Source of the DNA: Octopus sinensis
Lineage: Eukaryota
Length of the DNA: 64,000 bases
Reading direction: 5' to 3'
Assembly: GCF_006345805.1 (NCBI RefSeq)
Contig: NW_021833250.1
Coordinates: 14,668 to 78,667, forward strand
In this document: one piece after another, positions 11,245 through 22,479 of the stretch
Layout: each line of letters begins with the position of its first letter
How positions within the stretch are numbered: position 1 is the stretch's first letter
Program-made: the position numbers and the translations under genes
The notes under the pieces: model-generated
The model's input: the letters and a program-made list of their open reading frames with translations, nothing else
Databases searched by the model: none
Told to the model about the DNA's origin: nothing

Positions 11245-12289
11245 GAAGAAAGAAAGAATGAAAGAAAGAAAAAACGGACAGAAAAAAGATACATTTTACA
11301 CGGTATTGGATGGTTCCTAGTTGTAGATTAGTCCAGTTTTATCAAAATAGTAAAATATTATATTAGTTGAATCAAGTGATATTTGAACTAAAATTATGGA
11401 TGTATATATATCATAATGAAGAAAGTTATTCATTAATTATATGTGTAACAGTTACTAAAAGAAAGCAATTATTAAAGGCTTGACCATCTGGAATTTTTTA
11501 TAAATTCATGTTCCAAGAAATTTCCTGTAATTTTGATTTCTGAAGATTATGTAATATTTGAACTACAAGTGTTTTTACAGATTTGAATATTCAGAGTAGA
11601 CTTTAATGTTTAATAAACAATATTCGTTGCAGGTGAAATTTTCCATTTTCATTTGCAACAGTCTCTCACTCTCTCTCGCCTCTATTTTCATTGATGATAA
11701 TTTAATATATATTCATTTCAATATTTTCATTTCAATTTTTAATTCGCTATTTGCAAATCCTACAGTTTATTCTATATACGTAATTTTTAAAAAATTATTT
11801 AATGAATGAATGAATGCTATTAGACAAAATAGCTGTATAACTTTAAAGCTTATGTTAATATCAGTTTCCGGAATTTGTTAAATGAATAATTTTGATAAAA
11901 TGAAAATTTCTTAATATACCGGCATAAATTTTTTAATAAATAAAGAAGAGATTTTGTTGGTGGCTGTTTGGAACGCTATAAGCCTTCCAATAATAAGCAT
12001 GTGATCGCTGCTACTTCCAGCACGCTAAACGTAGTTGGGTTACCTTGAAGATTCTTTAAATGAGAGGTATATTACAACAACGATAAATTACTGGAAGAAA
12101 TATTTACTAAGCAACACTCCTAGTTTGGTTTCATTATTACACAAATATCACTTTGGAATTTTGTGTCCAAAAAAATTTGCGACTGAAAATATCAATGTGA
12201 AAATATTGTCAAGTGGCTAGCAGAAAACCACCCGGAGGGCAATCTTTCTGCAAGGGGGATTAATATTGGAAATAATTTCATTATTTTAA

Positions 12290-12593
12290 TAGGCTGGTGG
12301 CAGAAAGTTGGCAGAATTGTTTGCATGCCGGATAAAATGCTTTGTAGTGTTTTTGTCTGTCTTTATATACTATTTTCAAATTCCACCGAGATCGGCTTAT
12401 TTTTTCGGGGTCAACAAAAACTTCTATCTTTTAGTCGTTTCAGTCGTTATACTGCGGCTCTGCTAGGACCCCACCTTTAGCTTTTAGTCGAATGAATCAA
12501 CCCTTATACTTATTTTTAAGCCCAGTACTCATTCTGTCGATCACTTTGCCCAACCGTTAATTTATGGTAATGCAGTCACACAAACACCAGTTG

Positions 12594-12596
<3 letters not shown>
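12290..12596 (+). mobile_element. SINE-like interspersed repeat (related copies ~26690-26935, ~54700-54960, and inverted ~55670-55870)
   Basis: Shared ggcagaa...gccggataaaatgc...gtcgaatgaatcgaccc sequence between copies. Confidence 0.65.
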
Positions 12597-12619
<23 letters not shown>

Positions 12620-12629
<10 letters not shown>

Positions 12630-13100
12630 TTTCCTTGTCCTGTCTTTTACTGTTTTTATCGTTATTTATACTGTTTTTTTCTTCATTTGTATTGCTTTTA
12701 CGTCCTGTTCTTGTCACTTTTTTTTATTTTACCCCTCCGCAAATGAATCTTATTTAATTCATTTTGCGGGAAGGACTGCTTCGGTGTTGTCGTGTTCTGC
12801 CCTTACCTTCGAAACAAGCATTGAGTCGAAACAGGGGCAGCTGAAGAAGGGGAATTTTCCTTGTGTTGTTTGTCTTGTACTCTGTTTTTTCGTTGTTAAA
12901 AAAAGTCCTTTTACTTGTTTGGTTTTATGTTATCGTTTCTCGTTGTGTTCTACGTTTATTTGTGGTGTCCTGTACTCATATATGCATGTATATATACATA
13001 TAGATGTAGGTACGTACATATATGTATGTATGCATATGTTTTATTTATTAAATTGTTATTATATATATGCACACACATATATATCAGTAAACAAACAGGG
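12620..13100. repeat. Interspersed repeat family, also inverted at ~17770-18080 and ~18480-18800
   Basis: Shared cttaccttcg...gaaacaggggcag...tcgtttctcgttg blocks. Confidence 0.65.
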
Positions 13101-14122
13101 AGTATCAAGGATTGAATAGAAAGAACACAACAAAGAAAAAAATTAACGGAAACACAGCAAACAGAAAACTAAGGAATCCGTGACAAGAGTAAAATTAGAC
13201 GAAAACATAACCAACGGAAAATTCGACAAAAACATGGAACATCGAAAATTCGTAGCTGATTTCCTCATCAGTGAATGTCCAAATTATCCTGGTGGTTTCT
13301 CTCTTTGTGTCAAAAAATGACTACTAAATATTACTTATATCAGCGCTTAAATTTTTTTTGAAAAGGATACATTGGCTATAATAATTTCGAGTAGGCATTA
13401 CGCCTTTGTAGACAGGATAGTGGTCGGAGATGGAACATTTTGTACAATAGAACTACTTGTTCAAACTTACCTTTCAGCTAAACAATAGCAACAATACCAA
13501 CGACGGTGACCACAACAACAGCAATAACAATAGTAAGAATTGTTTTCTTACCTTTTGTGAGCGAGTCACTTCTCAAACACGAAAATGTAATTTTGTTCGC
13601 TTTCCTGGTTAAAATAAATGTGCGATAAGATAGTTGGTCTGCACAATAATAACTTTAGTTTGATTTAATGGCTTTAAATACAGACATAAATACATAGATA
13701 CATACATTCATATTTATATACACACATATATACTTATATGAATATATACATACATAACCTAGATAACGACAATGCTCTCTGAGTATATTAGTTGCAAACA
13801 ACTTGCAGAAAGAAGTGCTAACAGTTAGATATCACAGATGCCAGATACTACCTGATGTATGAGGTCATCAAGAGAGAAGGCACATCGTTCTGAGAACTTT
13901 CTTTCGCTGGTGTTATTGCACATTGACCCCACTTACAGAGATAAGGCCCCGCTTACTAGAGCAACTGTTTCATGTGGTATTCTTCTAGCCACTTAGTATA
14001 AAGGGGGGGAGATATGTGTAAGAATGTATTTACATAGGTAGACGTGTATATGTCTGCATGTCGTGAGTGTTTTTGTATGTATGCATATACGGGCACACAC
14101 ACACACTCATATATATGTGTGT

Positions 14123-14631
14123 GTAAACGCTCTAAGTTAAGTCGTATTTAGGCAATGCATATAATTAAGGCTAAAGTATCTTCCTGGTTGCTAACAAAAA
14201 TTTAATTAGCCTTTACTATTTAATTGAAATAATACTGTTTTTTAAACAATGGCGGTGAAACTTAATAGACATTTTCAATGTTTTAGGTGCCTAATATCCA
14301 TGTATGGATATGTTTAAAATTTCACACTCATATATATATGAGTGTGAAATTTTAAACATATCCATACATTTTCCCTTTGTCACTACTATACCTTTATTAA
14401 ATAGGACTTAACTGATATCAAGTATCCTGTTTACATTATACCTTCTCATGTCCAAAATATTAGGCACCTGAAACATTGAAAATGTCTAGTAAGTTTCACC
14501 GCCATTATTTAAAAAACAGTATTATTTCTATTAAATAGCAAAGGCTAATTAAATTTTTCTTAGCAACCAGGAAGATACTTCAGCCTTAATTATATGCATT
14601 GCCTAAATATGATCTAACTTAGAGCGTTTAC
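14123..14631. repeat. Fold-back inverted duplication with a perfect 70-bp central palindrome (14300-14369)
   Basis: Outer arms of ~180 bp are reverse complements, and the centre is (TA)n. The homologous region upstream of the pseudogene (~29715-30000) has only the right arm. Confidence 0.85.
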
Positions 14632-15091
14632 TCACAGTTATAGAACGATAATACACACACAATAACGTCTTAGAATGCATTCTAAATATACGAGGTGATA
14701 TCAAAATATTCCCGGACTAGTTATCTTCTTATATAATAACACGTTTAGTGTGACCCTGTCTTTCACGCTGTACGCTGTAGGTAAAAAAAGTAGTAAAACA
14801 ACACACGAAGTGGCAGTGAGTGGTAGTCAGAGATGCTAAAGCAGACAGACAATATTTAAAGGCTCTACTCGGAAGACGCTAGGGAAAGACGAGTGACAGT
14901 CTGAGGCGGCGACAGTCAGAGGTGAGCTCTGAATTCCCCACAATGAAAATGAAATCAAATTTTCATCGTAAATTATATCTCTCGATTTCACAAGCACACA
15001 CACACACACACACACGCACACATTTACACACACACACGCGCATTTGTATGCACATGCATAGATTTATATACATAGGTATGTGCATGTATGA

Positions 15092-15148
<57 letters not shown>

Positions 15149-15771
15149 AGGTTTTGGTATCCAGAAGACCTAAGATGGCAGGTAAGGCTATGAAAGTGCT
15201 ATAGAAGGATAATAGACCTCCGGTCCGATAATATAAATTTTAAACAGCGATACGCTGCGCATCTCAATTCTTTTAGAGATGAGAAACACAGTAAACCCAC
15301 AACCCACGCCAGTCGCATACATCATCACAAAAATAGGAATATTACATATAACTTATGATGGTCCATAATAGATTCAGGGCTTTCATACCAAGGTCACGCT
15401 CAGCCTGCAAGTTATATCTAAAAGAAGCATTCAACATATTAAAGCATAACTTTTCAATACTACTAAATAAATATAACGAGGCCTTAGGTACATACAACCA
15501 CCGCTTTTTTTCATACATTCAAATTTTACCTCAGATCTAAATGCAACCTAAATCACTACACTGTACATATATCGAACACCCTTTAGACAATCTCCAGCAG
15601 CCCAATCCGACTTTCCAATGTCTTAATTTTTTAACTTTTCAATTTTTTTATTGTTTAACTATAAATTTTAAACAGCAATACCATGCGCATCACAGTTCTT
15701 TTAGATTGGTTTCCGGTATGCGGAAATTTAGATTGGTAGCACTTGCACAAAGTTGTTTGCAAAACATATAT

Positions 15772-15805
<34 letters not shown>

Positions 15806-16881
15806 ATTATTGAAGTAGATAAATGAATTATCTTATTACGGATAATTCAAATGATAACCGATACCTGGTTAGCAAAAATCACAACAGAAAAGGCACGGTT
15901 GGGGTTACGACCATGGGGCCTAAAATCCGTGCCTTAGTGCGGAAATTTGAAGTTTTATATATTTAGTGTAGGAAGAAATGGAGCTGAACGAAGATTTAAC
16001 AAAATTCCTTTTTATTATTTTCTACATATGTTTCAAAGGTTGCAAAGTCCCTAATTCGGATTGAATAAGGAGTCCATTTTGCAGCCTTCTCTTCAGGAAA
16101 ATCCAGGAACTTAATTCTCCAACAAAATGCACAGCAAACTTTTCGACAAAACGCTCACGAGGAGCCCATGGAATAAATGGCACAAACTGTCCATCTTTAT
16201 GCGTTGACGCCAGGTTGGGTGAAAGCAGACGAGAAGGTCCGTTGAGATAATACAAGGTCAAAATCCGGTTAGCAGAAGGGGAGTACAGGAAAATCAAAGA
16301 GTGTGAATGTATTCTGTATGACTGGTGTTAATATTTGAATTATTTTAAGAATGAGTGCTAGAGCGTTTGAGTGTGAGAAATTGCTTTCATGTATGTGTGT
16401 GTGCGTCTATGTATGTGTGGCAGTGTGTTTCGAAGGCAGCAAGAGAGAGAGATATATATAGCAGGTATTAATGGTCAAGCAACAGAAAAGACTGTGTCTG
16501 TGTGTTCGACTGTAACGACTTGATAGAGAGAGGGGGTGTCACAATGGTCATGGCAGGATACAGTGCTGCTGTCAGGGATGTCAGCAGTTCTAGACAACTA
16601 GCAGTTCTTATAATAACAGGGGAGTGATATCCCCTTACAAATTTAATTCAAATTTTTTTCCAATTTTCTTAGGAAATCAAGGGGTTAACTATATTAGACT
16701 TCATTGGTATGAGAGAAATGTATGCCTTTTCCAGTGGGGGCATCTGAAAGAATTTTGCACAATCGAGTTAACAAGGTACCCTCGGGCGAACAAAATATGA
16801 AAGAGTTCCGAGTTACAAAGAGCACAGATTTTTTTGCCCTTATCAAACGGTATAATAACTAATCCACCCGGCTATGATTAA

Positions 16882-16962
16882 CTATATACGCGTTTCGGAG
16901 CTAGACAGATGTGAAAAATGTAAAATCATATTTCCACTCTATCATTCTCCTCTTCAGTACAG
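16882..16962 (-). ncRNA. Type-I hammerhead motif with a long loop II
   Basis: Minus strand: CTGTA-CTGAAGA-GGAG [46 nt] CTCC-GAAA-CGC-GTA-TATAG. The flank at 16970-17070 is homologous to 21805-21900. Confidence 0.7.
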
Positions 16963-17407
16963 TAATTCAAGATTTTAAATTTGAGAGCAGCACTGCAAAA
17001 ATTAAACATGCCTTATCTGACCAGGCGACATCAGACAACATACATCTAACGACCAGTACTTCCGAATTCAAACAGAATTATGCTCATAATTATAAAATTG
17101 TATGTATCGAAACATTTGTAACGATTAAAAAGTTGCCTAACCATACTTACTCTTCCTTTTGACTCTTTTAATTTTTACTTACTCTTCCTTTTGACTCTTT
17201 TAATTTTTACTTTATATATATATATCTCATGGTGCGATACGAACACTTAACGTGGTTTTTGTAGTCAGAGTTTCGACTGCTATTTCGGCATGTTGGTGTC
17301 TCTTAGACACCCTCATTTTTAATTGTTAAAAATTATTACCTTTGTACGGTATTTTTCCCATGCTGGCCACTTGATAATATGGATACTTAAATATCGATAT
17401 TATCCTC

Positions 17408-17515
<108 letters not shown>

Positions 17516-17645
17516 CTTAGTTGGAAAAGGATGCGTGGCGTTCGATCATAGAATAATATAAATAATATATAAATATATGCATATATACATATAGATATAT
17601 GTACATACCTACACACACACACATACACACACACACACACACACA

Positions 17646-17757
<112 letters not shown>

Positions 17758-18986
17758 CATATATGGGTACAAGACATAAAAAAACGTAGACAATGAGAAA
17801 CGAAAACATTAAAAACAAAAACACAGAAAACGAACTTTTTTCGAACAACGAAAAAAAAAACAAACAGAGAAACGAGACATGCAGCATAAAGAACATTCTC
17901 TTCATAAGTTGTCCCCCGTTTAATCTACTCCGCGTTGCGAAGGTAAGGACAATACGCAACTTCGTTAAAACAGTCCTTCCCGCAAAGCAAATTAATTGAA
18001 ATTTGAGATTTTTTGCGGAAGGTGAAAGTGGTAAAAAAAACAGGACAGTGAGAACAAGACAGTAAAAACAAAAAGTGAGGGCTATTAAGCCAAGACGATG
18101 TGAAGATTATGAACGCTAGAAAAACGAAGTTTGAGAAGAGACAGGTAAAAGCACGACTTGTCTTTAGGAAGGAAGTGGAAGAAAGATAGATGGCCTTTCG
18201 TCATGTGTCAGCGACGTGAGAGTCAAGGAGGAAGAGTGAGATAGAGAGAGAGGGAACGGTGAAGGGGAGAGGAGAAGAGTAGGGAAAGGGTGGGAGAGAA
18301 AAACAGAAAAGAAGAACAAGAGAGGGAGATAGATAGACAGCGAAGAGATAGAATAAGAGTGCGCGTCATAATTATTAAGATAAAACTTATTTGGAAAAGG
18401 ATGTGTGGCGTTCGTTCATATAATAATATAAATAATATATAAATATATGCATATATGCATACATATATGTACATACCTACATATATATGTATATATACAT
18501 GCATATATGGATACAGGAAATCAAAAAAGCGTAGACACAATGAGAAACGAAAACATAAAACAAAAACAGAAAACAAACTTTTTTTCGAACAACAAAAAAC
18601 AAACAAACAGAGAAACGAGACATGCAAAATAAGTTTTCCCCTGTTTTGTCTACTCCGCGTTTCGAAAGTAAGGACAATACGCGCCTTGGTTAGAACAATC
18701 CTTCCTGCAAAGCATCGTCTTGGTTTAACAACCGTCACGTTTGCTTTTACTGTCTTGTTCTCACTGTCCTGTTTTTGTTACCACTTTCGCTCTCCACAAT
18801 AAAACCCAAATTTTATTTAATTTGCTTTTTTTACCTGTTCAAAGTATGTTTTTACCTTTTCATATTATATTCGCTATCTGTTATCTTCTTCTTCTTCTTC
18901 TTCTTCTTCTTCTTCTTCTTCTTCTTCTTCTTCTTCTTCTTCTTCTTCTCACTGCTATTACTCTTATTATTGTTATTATTATTATT

Positions 18987-19510
18987 GAGTGAGAGAGCAG
19001 TGCATGTCATCAAAGTGACACTAGAGTAAAATATACGAAGCCCAGTATACTCATCATGACTATCCGTCTGATAAGGGTACAGTAGGCACATGCATCATAC
19101 CCATATGTGCGTGACATGATAATCTCATATCAAGATAAGCAGTGCATGACGTTGCAGGTGGGACTCAGAATTTTCTTCTGGTCGAGTAGCCCATCCGCTT
19201 AAAAGGTCCCTGAATAAGGAACGAAACACCCATGTTTCCAGAAGTGAATTATTCAAACCCCAAAGAATTCCTCTCAACACATGGCTATGATGCTCCCCCA
19301 CTACTTCTGCTCATGATCAGAGATGCAAATATCGCCAGCCATTAATGGACATGTTCAACTGGTTGGGGTCAAAGAACTGACAAGGAAATCTGTGGTATTG
19401 AGGAGAATATTTGCTGTAGCCCATTTTTATACCAAGACAAAACAATGTTCCTGATAACACTTCCAATCAGTGAAGATCAGAAGCCATGAGAATCACTGCC
19501 TAGTACTGCA
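18987..19510 (-). mobile_element. Non-coding TAA-tailed retroposon (copies at 45330-45819 and 45881-46215 on +)
   Basis: All three copies end ...ctgctctctcactc(aat)n and have variable 5' ends. All are flanked by (TAA)n. Confidence 0.75.
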
Positions 19511-19526
19511 TATTATTATTATTATT

Positions 19527-19750
19527 CAGCAGTTTTATTTTTATAATATGCTTTCACTGCATTACCGAGCGCAGCTCTGTGTGCCTTAGGTATGTGCTGT
19601 GGTTTGCCGTGATGCTCTTATGGTAATTGTATTGAAAGCGTTTTATGCAGGATATGTGCAGTGCCTAGTAGTACTATTTTCTGTATGTTATATATAATTT
19701 TTAGTCCTGGTATTTTTGTTATGTATTTGTCTGAATGTTTTGTATCATAC
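19527..19750 (-). mobile_element. 3' terminal fragment of the R4/Dong-type LINE
   Basis: Reverse complement resembles 45030-45229. Flanked on both sides by (TTA)n. Confidence 0.85.
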
Positions 19751-19859
19751 CTATTATTATTATTATTATTATTATTATATTATTATTATTATATTATTAT
19801 TATTATTATTATTATTATCATTATTATTATTGTTGTTATTAAGGCTTACAGTATCGTAG

Positions 19860-20790
19860 ATATCGATAGACCTATATCTTAAAAAAGTCTTATCTTATAT
19901 GTCTCAATTTGGTTTTTAAAATGCTTATTCAAGATGAATAATGCATCATCCCTGTATAGACCACCTCCTAGCTCAGGAAATTCCCTACTTATTGTAAACA
20001 GCGTATACATACCCATCAGATTAGTGACTTGTGCTGAATCCATTGATCCCATAGTTATATCGAAGTTATCATTTTTATCCTTCCTTAACCAGTCCTTATT
20101 CCGAAATTTTATAAATGATTTTCTTGCCGCTAAACTTACGTTTGTTTCTTCATGGTTAGTGCAGAGTTTTTCTTAGCAAATAAAAGCTTTGTTAAGTAGG
20201 ATGGACTTTATAGATGAGTAATAGCTATTTATGTAGATTTGTATAAATTTATTTATATATTTATTATCTATCTTATTAAACCAATTGATTACTTCATATG
20301 AGCTAGACCAAAAAGTTAGTTTAATTATAATTCTTAAAGTGGATATATATTTATCCATGATCATCTAACTAATCTCACCAAAGTCTGATTCCGAGAGGCA
20401 TATGAGCCTTACATTAAGCTTAGTCCTGAAATTAGGATTGTGGTCCTTAATGATAATTCTTGACATTCTGAGTTCATAAGGTTCTGTCTTCTTGGCTATC
20501 TTATATTTTTCCATTGCATACTTCTTAGGTTGTTGCTGTTTGCTACTTTATAGTTCTTAGTTATTTCTTCCTTAAGAAGTCTTTGATACTAAGGAATGCT
20601 TATATTAGAAAGGATACCGGTCTTTTTTGGCATAAACCAGTGCGCCTTTCTTCCTTAGTACTTTTATAATAGAGTGTAATTTCCTTAGAGGTTCCTTTCT
20701 AGGTAGAGGGAATTTATTACGGTTAATAAATTTAATATTCTTGACTATATACCTAGCAACCTAATTTGAAAAGGTAAATTGTAAAATTTA
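19860..20790 (-). mobile_element. Penelope-like element RT fragment, Naiad/Chlamys-type, pseudogenised
   Basis: Minus-strand translation across stops: IIKDHNPNF..RLI..SDFGEIS* / EVINWFNKI / FDITMGSMDSAQVTNLMGMY / GGGLYRDDAL. Confidence 0.75.
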
Positions 20791-20805
20791 CCTTTATATA
20801 TATAT

Positions 20806-20846
<41 letters not shown>

Positions 20847-20950
20847 TGTATATATATATATATGAATATATATATGTATATGTATATATATTATATATAT
20901 ATATATATGTATGTATATGCATATATATATATGTATACATATATATGTAC

Positions 20951-20984
<34 letters not shown>

Positions 20985-21134
20985 CGATATATATGTACGT
21001 GTATATATATGTATATATGAATATGTATGTATATATATGCATGCATATATATATATATATATATATGTCTACATCTATATATATATAGTATACGTACATG
21101 TATAAATGCATATATGTATATATATTATATATAT

Positions 21135-21216
<82 letters not shown>

Positions 21217-21259
21217 GAGAGACTAAACTGTACGTACGCTGCCATATGTATATATAAAA

Positions 21260-21452
21260 AGGAATACAAAAAAGGACAACAAAACATCCAGACAGATTAA
21301 ACAAAAGAGGGACAAGAAAAAAACACGGACGGGTCATTCGAAATTCGATTGAGGAAAGAAAACATTGAATGACCTGTCTGTGTTTTTTCTTCTCCCTCTT
21401 TTGTATCATCTGAGTGGATGTTTTGCATTCTTTTCCCGTTTTTTGTATTCCT
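21260..21452. repeat. Palindromic (hairpin) element
   Basis: acaaaagagggacaagaaaaaaacacggacgggtcattc is the reverse complement of gaatgacctgtctgtgttttttcttctccctcttttgt. Imperfect pairing extends out to ggaatacaaaaaa. Confidence 0.8.
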
Positions 21453-21744
21453 CTCGCTCTCTCTATGTATATATATATTAATTTAATAATTAACAAATTT
21501 CACTATGTAGCTACGGTATGGAAAAAAAACCATAATCGGTAAAAACTTATACAAAAAGCTTTTTTATAATTATAAATATAATTAAGTGTTTAGCAAAAAG
21601 TTGCTTTACCACATACCGAAAATTTAGAAATAGCAGTTAAAAACCGCTAATTTTTTTAACTACAATATATCTCCATAGACCGCAATACTTGTAACTCACA
21701 TAGGCAACAAGGAAAAAAATCGAAATCAACCAGTCTTACGATTA

Positions 21745-21801
21745 ATCATGTACGCGTTTCGGGATTAGAATTTTAAAATTCATTTCCCTCATCAGCATGA
21801 T
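21745..21801 (-). ncRNA. Canonical minimal type-I hammerhead ribozyme
   Basis: Minus strand: ATCATG-CTGATGA-GGGA [20 nt containing GAATTTTAAAATTC] TCCC-GAAA-CGC-GTA-CATGAT. Perfect core and a 6-bp stem I. Confidence 0.85.
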
Positions 21802-21926
21802 ATTTCAAGATTATAAATTTGAAAATGCTAAACCTACCCGTTGCATCCTCGATCAAGCGACATCGAAACATAACATAAGATAGAACAGCACTTCCGGATT
21901 TATATAAATTTATATAAATTTAGAAA

Positions 21927-21974
21927 GTCTTACAACTGTTTCCGGGATATTTCATATAACCCTTCATCGGAGAC
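21927..21974 (-). ncRNA. Hammerhead-like variant (CCGATGA core)
   Basis: GTCT-CCGATGA-a-GGG ttatat gaa atat CCC-g-GAAA-C agtt G-TA-AGAC. Confidence 0.5.
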
Positions 21975-22327
21975 GGTGTGAGAAAATGGTTACACAATAG
22001 TTAATTTGGATAAGATATGAAATAGTGAGTGAAGTGAAGCAATGAAAATAGACGTGAGATATGCATGGATATTGCATCTGTAGATCCATTATTTAGGCAG
22101 AATGGTATACATATAAGATTTCAATACCTTGTGAGTAAGTTCCAACAGTACTTAATACTGTTGGAACTTACAAGGTATTGGAATCTTATATGTATACCAT
22201 TCTGTCTAAACAATGGATCTACAGATGCAATATCCATGTATATCTTACAACTATTTTCATTCCTCCACTTCACTCTCTATTTCATATCTTATCTAAATTA
22301 ACTATTGCTTAACCATTTTCTCGCATC

Positions 22328-22375
22328 GTCTCCGATTAAGGGATATATAAAATATCCCAGAAACAGCTGTAAGAC
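22328..22375 (+). ncRNA. Hammerhead-like variant, probably inactive (G8 changed to U)
   Basis: GTCT-CCGATTA-a-GGGATAT ataaa ATATCCC-a-GAAA-CAGCTG-TA-AGAC, with palindrome ACAGCTGT. Confidence 0.45.
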
Positions 22376-22479
22376 ATTCTATTTATAAATGTTCTAAACT
22401 CTTTCATAGCCTTGGATTTTTATCTCATTCTGAAAATTGTATATATCTTAGGTCCTGGTAGGGTATAAAGGTATTGTAT

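Larger units (their letters stand above)
10937..13551 (-). other. Predicted 5'-UTR intron of paralog 1
   Basis: Acceptor tttttctttattacAG lies 10 nt before the ATG. Donor AAG|GTAAG at 13551 lies in a block conserved upstream of all three paralogs. Confidence 0.6.
21911..22390. repeat. ~480-bp palindrome centred near 22153, each arm carrying a hammerhead-like motif
   Basis: The arms are reverse complements with scattered substitutions around cagtacttaatactg. Motifs lie at 21927-21974 (-) and 22328-22375 (+). Confidence 0.85.

Noticed and set aside
12820-12875. CTGAAGA followed by a hairpin (possible hammerhead; similar at ~17880-17925 and ~13260-13275 on minus)
   Set aside because: No GAAA-stem III-NUH follows stem II, so the core is incomplete.
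16022-16297. 91-aa minus-strand ORF of ordinary composition
   Set aside because: No recognisable motif, paralog or convincing splice context, so it cannot be supported as an exon.
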